This document shows, piece by piece, positions 35,625-46,487 of a DNA stretch of 46,978 bases (its first letter is position 1; each line of letters opens with the position of its first letter). The position numbers and the translations under genes are program-made. The DNA comes from a virus. Taxonomy: Duplodnaviria > Caudoviricetes. Location: the IMG/VR virus record IMGVR_UViG_3300045145_000042, positions 1-46,978 of that record; one strand, 5' to 3'. The notes under the pieces were generated by a model. It was not told where the DNA came from. It did not search any database and worked only from the letters and a program-made list of their open reading frames with translations.

Positions 35625-38600
35625 GTGATAAAAATGTGCAGTTATAAAATACTTAAAAGCAGGAAGTTGCAGCTAACAAGTTCAATTTGCTTATTAATTT
35701 TTTCCACACCCGCACACTCGCTCACAACGCCTCTAGTCGTTAACAATGGCGATAATTTTGTATTTAATAATGATTCTATTCACATCATTACGAATGACAA
35801 CATTCGGCCTATAGAGATTAAAGGTGGCAATTTATCCATCGAGAACTCATCATTTTTGATAAGAACAACGAATGATGGCGTTGACGCGTTAAGAATTGGC
35901 TCTAGTGATTACACACCTAAAGTTGTCACCATTAAAGGCTCCGCAAATCAAAAGGCCGTCTTTGAAACAACGGGTAATGCGAGTAACGCAATTAGCATCT
36001 CAGCAGAGCAGCTGACGACAACTATTGATCACGCAAAAATTCACGCTAGCGGCAAAGATTCCCGTGGCGTTAATATTTATCAAAAACGATCTGATTTTAG
36101 CATTAGCAATAGTGAGATAAAATCGCTTGGCACTGGAATAATGGCCAATGCCGCAATCACGAATCCTAATGCCCGCATAATAGTTAATGTAAGCAATACA
36201 ACGATTGAATCGCTCAACTTTAGTGGCATCACTATGCTTGGCGCCAATCTCAATGCTGACAATTTTACCATAACGGTTGGCAAAAACCCATTTACGGGCG
36301 CAAGCGATGCGACGACCTTAGGCTACGGCATCAAACTGGATACTCATAGCAAAGCAATTTTAAATAATGGTGCCATCACCACATGGCAAAATTATTCAGA
36401 CGGTATCTGGCTTGTTGGCACAGGCGGTAATTTTAATACTGACTTCACTGATATTACAGCCGTCGATGTCACCACACATGGAATGCAAGCACACGGCATT
36501 AATTCCCAAGGAAAAAAAGTCCTTATACGTGACAGCTCAATCCATACATATGGCAATACAAGCTATGGTATAGCAGCAGGCTTAGCGACCGGGTCAAATA
36601 CAGCCGGTATGATTGATATCAGTAATTCAATCATTACAACCGAAGGACAGGATGCACTCGGAGCATTTGCTAATGACCGAGGCACACTGAATATTGCTTC
36701 TACAAATATCGTGACAACGGGCGATGGTGCTACTGGAGCAAGAAGCGTAGCGAGAGGCCGGATCAATATTGTTGATGGCAGCAAGATCGAAACTTCAGGT
36801 GCAGAGGCTCATGGTGTTGATATTGTCCGCGGCTCGCTCGTTAATATTACCGGGTCTTCCGTTGAAGCAACGGGCGCTGATTCACATGGCATTTATATGC
36901 GCGGTTATAACGTCCCAAATGGAGTTCCTGCCGACTTACATAAAAATGCGGTAACGGTCACAGATTCCGTTGTGACCTCTGCAAAAGGTTCCGCCATTGC
37001 AGTTCAAGGTGGCTCAGAAAATACAATCACTATCAAAGGCTCAAGGGTTTCCTCAAACAGCCCTTCCGCATTGCTTTTCTCTGCAGACATATATCGGCCA
37101 ACCATTGGCGGAAATGTCGTACCAATGTCGGTTGGAACAGTAAATCTTACCGCAGATTCCTCCAATTTAATTGGCAATAGTCTGATAAATAGCGGAACCG
37201 TCGATTTTAAACTGAGCAACAATTCCGTTTGGACAGGTGCCGCACTTATTGGTGACAATAACCGTGTTCTCCATAGCCTCACTCTGGATGAAACCAGTCG
37301 CTGGATTATAAATGACAACTCGACAGTGCAATCGCTAACAAACAAGGGCACTGTTGAATTTGCTGCGCTGCCAGGCAAATTCAAATCTCTGACCATCCTA
37401 GATGATTATCATAATGACGACGGACGCTTTATTCTCACCTCCCAGCTTGGTTTAGATGACTCTCCAACCGATACTCTGATCTTCAAGAAAGATGTCAGCG
37501 GAGATATTGAGCTGAAAGTTGTTAACGTCGGCGGCAATGGCGCTCAAACCGTCGAAGGCATACCAATTGTTATCATAGAAGGCACATCAACAGCTAATTT
37601 TGCTTTAAATGGGGATTACGTGCACGAAGGTGAGCAATCTGTTGTCGGCGGACTTTACGCCTATAAATTGCGCCATGGCAGTGTATCGGACCCCAATGAT
37701 GTCAACCTGTACCTTCGTTCTGAAAAGTTTAAAGACGACCCAGACCCGGATCCGTTGTACAATGCCGGCATTCCACTTTATGAAGCCTACCCACAGCTTC
37801 TACTAGGTCTCAATGCTCTGCCAACCATGCAGCAGCGCGTAGGTAATCGCTACTGGAGTAATGCGGGTAACCGCAGTCTTGATCAAGGAGCCGATGGCAT
37901 TGAAGCCTATGTACCAAGTACTGAAGCCGGTACATTCATACAAAGCAATGGGGTTTGGGGGCGCATTGAAGGGTCTCACACAAAAATCAATCCGAGGTTT
38001 TCAACATCTGAAACCAACTACGATTTTAACAGTTTCAAACTCCAGGCTGGCCTTGACGGCATGCTCAACGAAACAGAAACAGGCAAGCTGATCGGCGGTA
38101 TCACAGCTCATTACACCCATGGTGAAATGGATGTTGAATCCATACACGGCAATGGTGACATTAAAACTGACGGCTATGGTTTTGGCGGCACTTTAACATG
38201 GTATAGCGATAGTGGTTTTTATGTCGACGGTCAGGCACAACTAACCTGGTACAGAAGCGACCTCTACTCCTCTACTGCCAAGAAAAATCTGGCGAACGGC
38301 AAAAACAATGGGTTTGGCTATGCTCTATCAATAGAAGGAGGCCAACGCATTGCCATTGACGAGAATTGGTCTGTAACACCGCAAGCTCAGCTTCAATATT
38401 CAAATGTCGATTTTGATGATTTCACGACCCGTTGGGAAAGTAGCAATACAGATGTCGCACTGGATAAAGGTGACAGCCTGCGCGGCCGTCTGAGCGTCAG
38501 CCTTGATTATCAAAACGCCTGGCAGAATACTCGGGGCATGACAAACCGCAGTACCGTTTATGGGATTGCAAATCTCTATAATGAATTCCTTGACGGCACC

Positions 38601-38795
38601 AAGGTTAACATTGCAACCAAAGCTTTTGCCAATAAACAAGAGCGCTTATGGGGCGGTATCGGCCTTGGTGGTTCATACAATTGGGATAATGATAAATACT
38701 CCCTCTATGGCGAGGCTTCCATTAATACCAGTTTCAAAAACTTTGGTGACAGCCACTCGTATAAAGGCACCGTTGGAATGCGTGTGAAGTGGTAA
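35625..38795 (+). CDS. Type Va autotransporter (pertactin/AIDA-like passenger)
   Basis: Signal peptide, beta-helix repeats (I.T.G..A.G), autochaperone, barrel ending GMRVKW. Confidence 0.92.
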   Translation: MIKMCSYKILKSRKLQLTSSICLLIFSTPAHSLTTPLVVNNGDNFVFNNDSIHIITNDNIRPIEIKGGNLSIENSSFLIRTTNDGVDALRIGSSDYTPKVVTIKGSANQKAVFETTGNASNAISISAEQLTTTIDHAKIHASGKDSRGVNIYQKRSDFSISNSEIKSLGTGIMANAAITNPNARIIVNVSNTTIESLNFSGITMLGANLNADNFTITVGKNPFTGASDATTLGYGIKLDTHSKAILNNGAITTWQNYSDGIWLVGTGGNFNTDFTDITAVDVTTHGMQAHGINSQGKKVLIRDSSIHTYGNTSYGIAAGLATGSNTAGMIDISNSIITTEGQDALGAFANDRGTLNIASTNIVTTGDGATGARSVARGRINIVDGSKIETSGAEAHGVDIVRGSLVNITGSSVEATGADSHGIYMRGYNVPNGVPADLHKNAVTVTDSVVTSAKGSAIAVQGGSENTITIKGSRVSSNSPSALLFSADIYRPTIGGNVVPMSVGTVNLTADSSNLIGNSLINSGTVDFKLSNNSVWTGAALIGDNNRVLHSLTLDETSRWIINDNSTVQSLTNKGTVEFAALPGKFKSLTILDDYHNDDGRFILTSQLGLDDSPTDTLIFKKDVSGDIELKVVNVGGNGAQTVEGIPIVIIEGTSTANFALNGDYVHEGEQSVVGGLYAYKLRHGSVSDPNDVNLYLRSEKFKDDPDPDPLYNAGIPLYEAYPQLLLGLNALPTMQQRVGNRYWSNAGNRSLDQGADGIEAYVPSTEAGTFIQSNGVWGRIEGSHTKINPRFSTSETNYDFNSFKLQAGLDGMLNETETGKLIGGITAHYTHGEMDVESIHGNGDIKTDGYGFGGTLTWYSDSGFYVDGQAQLTWYRSDLYSSTAKKNLANGKNNGFGYALSIEGGQRIAIDENWSVTPQAQLQYSNVDFDDFTTRWESSNTDVALDKGDSLRGRLSVSLDYQNAWQNTRGMTNRSTVYGIANLYNEFLDGTKVNIATKAFANKQERLWGGIGLGGSYNWDNDKYSLYGEASINTSFKNFGDSHSYKGTVGMRVKW

Positions 38796-38873
38796 ATAAT
38801 TATGCTATATCAACATCAGCGGTGCCAATAATGCTTGAGAGGAAATCTCTAAATTCAATAGAACATTTCTATT

Positions 38874-39098
38874 TTATCTACCTGATATGTATTGAATAAG
38901 AGGGGTGATTTTCGCCGCAACAAAACCGCCAATACCGATCATAAGCATCAGCATCCAGCGCGCGCCTTTGGCCTGCGTGAGTAGCTGATGCATCTCGGAT
39001 ACCTTCGCGTCCAGATCATCAATCTTACGTTCAAGCTGTTCAACCTTCCCCTCCATGCGGATAACTCTGTCTCTCGTGTCCTGTGTCGGCGTTGCCAT
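38874..39098 (-). CDS. Holin-like protein (coiled coil plus C-terminal TM)
   Basis: Last gene of the lysis cassette; AKGARW followed by a TM segment. Confidence 0.5.
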   Translation of the reverse strand: MATPTQDTRDRVIRMEGKVEQLERKIDDLDAKVSEMHQLLTQAKGARWMLMLMIGIGGFVAAKITPLIQYISGR

Positions 39099-39298
39099 CA
39101 CCAACACCCCGCTTTTTTTCCGTAAGCATTATGATTGGCAACACCCTTGCCTGCGTTCTGGTCGTTACCAGCTAGATAGACCGCCGTTTCCGGCTTAAGG
39201 CTGATCTTCTGCCAACCCGCGCAGTTGCTCGCATTGGTCGCGCACCCCGCCAAGCTCAACACACAGAGCAGCGCTATCCATGTTGTCGATTGTCTCAT
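39098..39298 (-). CDS. o-spanin (Rz1-like lipoprotein)
   Basis: Lipobox LAGC; overlaps the upstream i-spanin in another frame. Confidence 0.7.
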   Translation of the reverse strand: MRQSTTWIALLCVLSLAGCATNASNCAGWQKISLKPETAVYLAGNDQNAGKGVANHNAYGKKAGCW

Positions 39299-39455
39299 TA
39301 ATCCCTGCCCTGTTCTGGATTGCGTGTGTCACAGCTTGAGCGGCTTTCAATGCCGCTTGTTGCTTGCCGTCATGAGCCCCGAGCGCATAAAAAAAGAGGC
39401 CTGAAACTGCCCCTCCGATTGCTGCGCCAATGATGTGTTGAAGTGTCAGCCTCAT
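39195..39455 (-). CDS. i-spanin (Rz-like)
   Basis: N-terminal TM plus helical domain, directly after endolysin. Confidence 0.65.
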   Translation of the reverse strand: MRLTLQHIIGAAIGGAVSGLFFYALGAHDGKQQAALKAAQAVTHAIQNRAGINETIDNMDSAALCVELGGVRDQCEQLRGLAEDQP

Positions 39456-40201
39456 CAGAGCGCCTCAATCAGCTTCGTAATCTTGGCTTTAACCGGTGGC
39501 ATCGAATAAATTGCATATCCGGCAAGACCACCAACAATCGCCACCGAAACCAGTTGCACACGCCAATCCAGCAGACCGACTGCCGGTAACGCCGCAGCTG
39601 TCAGCCATGTCCAGAAGCGTTTCGACTTACCGACCGGTTCGAGGTTCTCCGGCACTGGCAGAACCTCATTGGCCGGCGCTTCGATAACCTGTTCAACGCC
39701 ATAACCTTCAGCAAGTAACAGCTTGTCATACGCACGGGCATAGCTTGCAATCAGATCGGCCTTATCCATCAGGTTGACGATGCGTCGAGCATTACGGAAG
39801 TCAGACTTTTGCAAGGTGATATAATCGGACAGTTTCTTGCCCGTGAACCAGCCCTCTTGCATACCAATGATGAGGATTGGCGCAGCGTATTCCGGCTTTA
39901 ACAGAAGTTGAGGATTACCCACGAAATCAACACACAACCGCTCGCTGGCTTTTCGACAAAGCTCTCGTGCAGCCCGCTCATAGTTTTCTTTCCATGTCAG
40001 CTGAACATACCCCATACCAACATGAGGGTAATATTTTTTCGAACGAAGATACTTCTCACCACCCATCTCCCGCACAGGCTTCATAGTATGCGCTGTCTCA
40101 TGATAAGCAGTCGCCAACACATAGGTCATTTGATTGCGCAATAGTCCACGCTCTCGCCCCGCCTCAATCAAGAGACGAGTATCGCCAATATTCATATTCA
40201 T
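39455..40201 (-). CDS. Endolysin, GH19/lysozyme-like with C-terminal TM segments
   Basis: YVLATAYHET, G.GYVQLTW..NY, FTG.KL and ARRIVN motifs; start at 40201. Confidence 0.85.
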   Translation of the reverse strand: MNMNIGDTRLLIEAGRERGLLRNQMTYVLATAYHETAHTMKPVREMGGEKYLRSKKYYPHVGMGYVQLTWKENYERAARELCRKASERLCVDFVGNPQLLLKPEYAAPILIIGMQEGWFTGKKLSDYITLQKSDFRNARRIVNLMDKADLIASYARAYDKLLLAEGYGVEQVIEAPANEVLPVPENLEPVGKSKRFWTWLTAAALPAVGLLDWRVQLVSVAIVGGLAGYAIYSMPPVKAKITKLIEAL

Positions 40202-40219
40202 GGTGTTTTCTTTGGATAT

Positions 40220-40246
40220 AAAAAAGCCCCGCGTGAGCGAGGCTTC
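40220..40246 (-). terminator. Terminator between DGC and endolysin genes
   Basis: AAAAAAGCCCCGC-gtga-GCGAGGCTT. Confidence 0.7.
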
Positions 40247-40275
40247 CATTAGAACTATCAATATACAACAGGGTG

Positions 40276-41853
40276 TTACTCTGTTTCACGACGTCTTTTT
40301 TTATCAGCATACATTAGCTGATCAGCCTCTCTAAGAGCCGTCTTCACGGAACTTACAGATGGATTTACACAAGCGATACCTATGCTCGCTCCTGAATAAT
40401 CAAACCGACAATTTTCAAAAATATAAGAACCAATCAACAAAGGCATCAACCGATTACGCAGCGCTGTAATATTCACATCCTGATTGCCAGCATTTGGCGG
40501 TGCTACCCGACCTATTATTATAAATTCATCACCACCTAAACGCCCCAACATCTCGCTCTCACGAAGTCCGCTGGATAAACGCTTGCCAACATCAACCAGA
40601 AACTTATCGCCAACTTCGTGCCCATAGGAATCGTTAATCGCCTTAAAACCATCTAGATCGATGAAGACAACTAAAACCCATTGTTGAGAACGCTTTGCTA
40701 ACGTGAACAACCTATCCAATTCGACCATTATTGCTCGTCTGTTGGGTAAGTCGGTCAGAACATCATAATTAGCAGCGTACAACTCATCCTGACGCCGCAT
40801 CATTACATATTTTACGACTTGGCTCGCGAGCAGGATAAAGACAATTCCGAGTGAACCTATTAATCCTGCCACCCAGAAATGGTGGCTTTGCATTGGTGCC
40901 AACGAATCCAATGAAGCTAACGTAAAGAGTTGATAATCTGTACCTTTAATCGGCTGGCGCTCCACAAGGTAAGGCTTGTTATCAACTAACCACGAATTGC
41001 CATGTACTGGATCTAAAAGCGCTTGCACATCTAGCGGTTCCCCCGGTTCTTCCTCACCATCGGGAGGTAATACCGTTCCTTCAGGAAGAAGTATTGCTAC
41101 GTTACGCAGCATGAAGTCAGGCGTTGAAGAGGTGATTACGCGACCTTGGCGATTTACAATTAATGCTATGTGCCGCCCAACCAAGTAAGATGCAACATCA
41201 GGAGCATCAAATTTGACCGTCACTGAACCTAGTGGCTCATTATTATCGCCATCAATTCGGCTAGCAACAAAATAAGACGGCGTTTTATTAAGGCGAGCTA
41301 TTCCAAATGATGAGCCCTTACCAGTACGAAGGGCATCAAGCAGGTAAGGCCGCCCAGCGTAGATCATCCCCACAATACTGTCAGCCTCAGCCCAATTACT
41401 CGCAGTAACGGTGTCATCTGACATGTTGTTCATGTAAATCCGGGCATAACGAAGATCGCCAGCTAACCCATTCATCACATCACCGACCTTACGCACCAAC
41501 GGGTCACGAGTGAACTCTGTGGCTCTTTGCTGGCGTGTCATACTGCTAAAATAGAGAGGATCTGTACGATATCGAGTGGCGGCCTGTATCACATCCGCTT
41601 GTCCGGCCATCATATTGGCAATACTGGACATTTCAGTAAATACGCGATCCATGACATGTGCTGTCGTAGTAGCCTCATACTCGGCACTGTCATCCAAGCT
41701 AGCAATTTCAGCCTTTACAATTGCTTGCGAAATCCACCAACCAGTACACGCTACAAAGACTACCCAAATTGCAATAGAGAGTAGTGTCACCTTGTAATAT
41801 GAAGGTAACAGTTCATGACCTCGCAATTTTTGGTTTTGCATTGCCCCACTCAT
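40276..41853 (-). CDS. Sensor diguanylate cyclase (TM-dCache-TM-GGDEF)
   Basis: DVLTDLPNRR, FIDLDGFKAINDSYGH and RLGGDEF motifs; DctB-like periplasmic domain (ASNW...RPY). Confidence 0.9.
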   Translation of the reverse strand: MSGAMQNQKLRGHELLPSYYKVTLLSIAIWVVFVACTGWWISQAIVKAEIASLDDSAEYEATTTAHVMDRVFTEMSSIANMMAGQADVIQAATRYRTDPLYFSSMTRQQRATEFTRDPLVRKVGDVMNGLAGDLRYARIYMNNMSDDTVTASNWAEADSIVGMIYAGRPYLLDALRTGKGSSFGIARLNKTPSYFVASRIDGDNNEPLGSVTVKFDAPDVASYLVGRHIALIVNRQGRVITSSTPDFMLRNVAILLPEGTVLPPDGEEEPGEPLDVQALLDPVHGNSWLVDNKPYLVERQPIKGTDYQLFTLASLDSLAPMQSHHFWVAGLIGSLGIVFILLASQVVKYVMMRRQDELYAANYDVLTDLPNRRAIMVELDRLFTLAKRSQQWVLVVFIDLDGFKAINDSYGHEVGDKFLVDVGKRLSSGLRESEMLGRLGGDEFIIIGRVAPPNAGNQDVNITALRNRLMPLLIGSYIFENCRFDYSGASIGIACVNPSVSSVKTALREADQLMYADKKRRRETE

Positions 41854-42587
41854 ATTGCCTCACATCCAGTTTGATGGGATGCAATCATTAAAATGAACGC
41901 ACATATCCTAGCCCCCCGCTAAATGAACCATTCAAATTATGAAATCATAATAACGTACTTTGAATAATAGCTGCAAAAATGTCCATTAAACAGACTCATA
42001 AGCGAGTGTGTTCGCACCTGTTTTAAATGTCCGAGTATACTTATTATCCCTAATTACAGTGATATTCATCCGGGCTATAGATCTAGCTCACCACATTAAA
42101 TGAGCCCATTACAGCGTAAATTCTGATTCTTATTCTGAACTAATAGTTCGGCGGCACGATCTTCACGAAACTAACCGATTGTTACGGATTACAACAGAGG
42201 CTAAAGCTCGTGATCTGAACGGTATGATTGAGCTCCGCCTCAATCAAGAGGCGGGTGTCGCTAAGGTTCATATTCATGATGTTTTCTATGAAAACAAATG
42301 AGCAGGATCAGTGCGCCAACTGGCACAATTTAACACATTTGTGATTTTCCTAAAAAAAGCCTTGTCGATTGTATACAATCAACTTCGGGTAACCAAAACC
42401 ACTACAACGACGGCGGAGAGAAACGACAGTAGTCACGCCATAACCCGGCCTGATTGTGTAAATCATTCATCCAGACATGTATCTACAACACGCCCAAAGT
42501 GTGTGAATTCCACATTTATATTGTTATGCAATTTCAACGTTAGTCAAAATACTATTCTAACTAAGCCTCAATGAAATTGGCTAACCA

Positions 42588-42620
42588 AAAAGGCGCGTTG
42601 ATCATTCCAGATCAACGCGG
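42588..42620 (-). terminator. Terminator downstream of GT25 gene
   Basis: CGCGTTGATC...GATCAACGCG stem with A-run. Confidence 0.6.
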
Positions 42621-42663
42621 ATTTGATTATTTCCTATAGCACTTCTTAACAATCATTAATATT

Positions 42664-43473
42664 TCATTGAAATGGAATTTTCATCCAAGAACGCCCAATA
42701 CGAGTTAAACGCAAAACTGCGCCCCGCCATTCAATTAGCCTCGCCTTAAGCCTATAAATAGGGCGCTTTATCTCACGAATTATTCGCAAACCAAAACTGA
42801 TTGGGGCTTTATTGCGCCTTCTTTCCTCCACCTCAAGTGCATGCCATTCGCTTCTTTCGACATCAATTGTGCTTTCCAATAGCTTTTGTTTACATATGGC
42901 AGGCGTCAACTGATAGACTTTCAAGTCGGTCAAAGGACCAGGCCCAGGCATAAATAAAAGAACATCAATGGGCAGAGTCGGAGAGGATATACGGTTAATA
43001 ATTAACTGCGCCATCCTTTTAGATATTATATATGCACCAGTCCCACAATGCATAGACCGCAAACGTGCGATTTTTACGCCTCCAACCGGCAATGATTGAA
43101 TATCAACCAATCTAACTTTTTTATTTTCACTTGTAGTTTCTAGTTTAATGATATCTGCATCGGCAGGTATCCAACTGATGTCATTGAGATAGTAAGAAGC
43201 ATGCCTTGATAGGATAACATCATCTTCGAAAACTACACCATATTCATCGCACCCAGCTGCGATTAGCTCAAAGCATTTTATATGACTGTAAAAGCACCCG
43301 ACTTCAGGTGGAGTTAATGAATATTTCCAGTCATCAAGTGTTTTCGCATATTCTTTTCCATCTACAGCGGATACGCGCATAAATTCGATATTACTTCGTT
43401 TGAATACCTCTGTAATATCCTTCAATCGATCTGGACGTCGGTCAAGATTAATAATAAAAGACTTCATGTACAT
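42664..43473 (-). CDS. Glycosyltransferase family 25 (LPS/LOS)
   Basis: INLDRRPDR, AVDG, EVGCFYSH, VFEDD and GTGAYIIS motifs. Confidence 0.9.
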   Translation of the reverse strand: MYMKSFIINLDRRPDRLKDITEVFKRSNIEFMRVSAVDGKEYAKTLDDWKYSLTPPEVGCFYSHIKCFELIAAGCDEYGVVFEDDVILSRHASYYLNDISWIPADADIIKLETTSENKKVRLVDIQSLPVGGVKIARLRSMHCGTGAYIISKRMAQLIINRISSPTLPIDVLLFMPGPGPLTDLKVYQLTPAICKQKLLESTIDVERSEWHALEVEERRRNKAPISFGLRIIREIKRPIYRLKARLIEWRGAVLRLTRIGRSWMKIPFQ

Positions 43474-43494
43474 CTCAATTTTTAAGCATTATCA

Positions 43495-44244
43495 TTATGT
43501 ACGAAGAATTTCATACAAAGGTGAATCTTCAACAATATCTCGCCCCCTTATATTAGCGTTGTATAAATGTAAGCCAATGGTCCGTGCGGTGATCAAATCA
43601 CTTACAGTTAAACCACGCTGAAACAACAGGTGGGACATACTGGGATGTAGCGGGGAATATATATCTGCCCCTAATGCATGTTCTTGCAAGCCCAACTCGT
43701 TAACGTAATGCGTTAGAAGCTTTGGCCCAATTACCCCCCAAGGCTGCTTAGAGATATGTTTCCCAAAACCTACATTTTTTAAAATCTTGCGTTTTAAGAA
43801 TTTCTTTTTGGGTAACCAAGGCGGTATAAAATATCGATCTTCAGATGCATCCAATAAATTACGTAATAATGTGCTATCCTGCGGGGTTTTTAAAATTGCA
43901 TTGTTAAAATAAGTGTCACATTCTCTTGAAATAATATAAGAAGAGTCAGTAAATGATTTTACACAATAGACATCACAATCAACATAAAGCCCCAACCCTT
44001 CTCTTTGTATGCGATATCGATAAATATCTGAAGCAATCGTAAGGCTGCCAGTTTCTTTATGTGCGATAATCTCGTTTTCCCGCATAAGCTTGCTGGCATC
44101 AAATATACGCAAGCCATTGGGGGCGTCTTCTGGCACGCCATACGAGTGCAAAACCACATCATGGCCATTTCTTAAAAACGACCTCAGGCACGCTGCATGC
44201 ACAGGCCCCATCTTTCGGCCTATCCAAAAAGTATTCACTATCAC
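43495..44244 (-). CDS. DXD glycosyltransferase (GT32/Lgt5-like)
   Basis: FWIG, CLRSF, SDIYRY, GLYVDCD and WGVIGP motifs. Confidence 0.8.
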   Translation of the reverse strand: MIVNTFWIGRKMGPVHAACLRSFLRNGHDVVLHSYGVPEDAPNGLRIFDASKLMRENEIIAHKETGSLTIASDIYRYRIQREGLGLYVDCDVYCVKSFTDSSYIISRECDTYFNNAILKTPQDSTLLRNLLDASEDRYFIPPWLPKKKFLKRKILKNVGFGKHISKQPWGVIGPKLLTHYVNELGLQEHALGADIYSPLHPSMSHLLFQRGLTVSDLITARTIGLHLYNANIRGRDIVEDSPLYEILRT

Positions 44245-44597
44245 AAATTTTACTCTATTTTATTAGCGTTAGCTTTGTTGTTTGATTCGGGATTTCCATA
44301 AATAATACACTATAGCATAGATAACATTTATGGTTTTAAGGTCATAAAATATTGAAATAAATATCAACGACAACATTAAATTTCTCTTGCAGAACCAATA
44401 TAAAGCCCCCACTCACGATTCACGGCAATGAAATGAAATGAAATTAATTTAATTTAATCACTTCCTTCTTAAAAGATTCGTTCTCCACGTCTTTATAAGT
44501 ATAAGCCAAAGTCAATATCTTGATATAAAAAAATATAATTCATATGAAGCATACACACTAGAAATACTTTAAATATTACCGCAAAGGCAGGCAAAGA

Positions 44598-45212
44598 ATG
44601 GGGCTCTTTAGAAAATTAAGAATTCGACTCGGTCTAAAAGCTCCCCCTCCCCGTTTTGGTTTCACCCTACCGGACGGCATGATTGTTGGAACATGGACAT
44701 ATGGCATTGAAGAAAAAGGGGTTTTCGGTTGCAGCAATGAATCTCCTCTTTTGATCGGGAACTATTGTTCAATTGCAGAAAATGTATCTTTCTTGTGCAG
44801 AGCCAATCACCCAACTCATTTCGCCTCCACCTTTCCATTCAAGACCTTAATGACAAGAACTGAACCAAGCAGCTCTGATTTAGAATGCCCCGGCCCCATC
44901 ACAATTGGTAATGATGTATGGATTGGCCGCGGAGCTACGATTATGCCTGGCGTAACTGTCGGGCATGGCGCTGTAATTGGCACAAATGCACTAGTCACAA
45001 AAGACATCCCCCCTTATGCAGTCGTAATTGGAACACCTGCCAAAATCATAAAATATCGCTTCAGTGATACTCAAATCAGCAAGCTATTGAATATTCGCTG
45101 GTGGGATTGGTCGGATCAGAAAATTATTGAAGCACAGAATGATTTTTTCTCTCCGATTGAGGTATTCATAAATAAATATACTCAGGACGAGGAAAACACC
45201 GCCATAATATAA
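44598..45212 (+). CDS. CatB/Vat-like hexapeptide O-acetyltransferase
   Basis: [30 protein letters not shown] and WWDW motifs. Confidence 0.88.
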   Translation: MGLFRKLRIRLGLKAPPPRFGFTLPDGMIVGTWTYGIEEKGVFGCSNESPLLIGNYCSIAENVSFLCRANHPTHFASTFPFKTLMTRTEPSSSDLECPGPITIGNDVWIGRGATIMPGVTVGHGAVIGTNALVTKDIPPYAVVIGTPAKIIKYRFSDTQISKLLNIRWWDWSDQKIIEAQNDFFSPIEVFINKYTQDEENTAII

Positions 45213-45271
45213 AACAATAGCAAGACGCATATCTTTTATAAATAAAAAACGAATCATGAGTATATTACATT

Positions 45272-46105
45272 ATGTATAGAGAAAATGATAAAACGCTCTT
45301 CTTTATAATAACATCTACATTCAACAGATCTGATCTTGTTTTGAGAACGGTGAATTCTGTACTGCAGCAAAATTATAGACATTTTAAACTTGCAATATTT
45401 AATGATGGCTCACATCAAGATTATACTGATTTAGAAAATCTAATTAATAAAAATCCTGACATTATTTACATGAAAAGTAAAATAAACGTCGGATCAAACA
45501 AATCAAAAAATATAATGATAGATTACTGCATTAAGAATTTCGGCATAGAAAATATTTATTTCTTTGTACTTGATGACGATGATTATTTGGCTTCCAACGC
45601 CCTCAGTATTATCAATGATGAAATTAATATAAACAATAAAGATAACTGGCTTTGCTTTAACTGTAATTCATTATCAACATCGACATTCAAAAACGAAATT
45701 TACCACGAATACGGAAAAATAACTTACAAAGACTTCAAAAAGAACTACCCCGGCGATAAACATTTTGTTTTCAAACTCGAATCTATCGGAAGTATCAGAT
45801 TTCCTGAAAAATACTTCAAGAATGGATATGAGCACATATTTCTTGACCAGTTGAAAAGTAAAATAACAATCATACCTGAAACAGTTAAAATTATTGAATA
45901 TCAAGAAAATGGACTATCTCTTAGTCCGCTTTATCACTCCTTCGGATCCATACCTACAGCTGTGAAACATGTATTGTCTGCCCCCCGCGTCCCGTCGTAT
46001 TATTGGCTGCTAATAAAATCCCTAAAAATGAAAAGTATTATTAAGATGACAATAGGTGAAAATCGTTATTATAAAATAAAAAATCTATTTAAATTAAGAA
46101 AATGA
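45272..46105 (+). CDS. Glycosyltransferase family 2
   Basis: STFNR...SVLQQ...NDGS...LDDDD; very AT-rich. Confidence 0.85.
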   Translation: MYRENDKTLFFIITSTFNRSDLVLRTVNSVLQQNYRHFKLAIFNDGSHQDYTDLENLINKNPDIIYMKSKINVGSNKSKNIMIDYCIKNFGIENIYFFVLDDDDYLASNALSIINDEININNKDNWLCFNCNSLSTSTFKNEIYHEYGKITYKDFKKNYPGDKHFVFKLESIGSIRFPEKYFKNGYEHIFLDQLKSKITIIPETVKIIEYQENGLSLSPLYHSFGSIPTAVKHVLSAPRVPSYYWLLIKSLKMKSIIKMTIGENRYYKIKNLFKLRK

Positions 46106-46487
46106 AAACAACACAAACTGGGATTTAATTGGAGTTACAGTTGGCGGAAAACAATAAATACAAAATGTTAGCGCCGCCGAATCTTCTCAGGATCGCCTAA
46201 ATACATCAATAGCGAAGTAACTGGCTTATCTGAACATTTTCGGGCGTTATGTTTAGTGGGTTTCCGATTCGATCATGCCACCGCGCACCCTAGCCATTCA
46301 TCGTCAAGTGCGCTACCAAGATACGGCACGACCCCCTAAAAGGCTTAGGATATAAAGGTATATAAGCAAGATCATTATGCATTCAAAAAGAAGGTAAGGG
46401 ATCCTCGCCCCGATTGGCGCGGTTTTATCATTTGTGATTTTCCGATGAAAAGCCGCTCAAAAATGGCAAGGAGAAACAAACCTTAAA

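Noticed and set aside
42104-42301. Start-less ~65-codon plus-strand frame (…ARDLNGMIELRLNQEAGVAKVHIHDVFYENK*)
   Set aside because: Possibly a gene remnant, but the family is not recognisable and there is no start codon
44598-45212. Chloramphenicol/streptogramin resistance gene (catB/vat)
   Set aside because: Same fold, but its context among glycosyltransferases favours sugar O-acetylation; resistance cannot be supported from sequence
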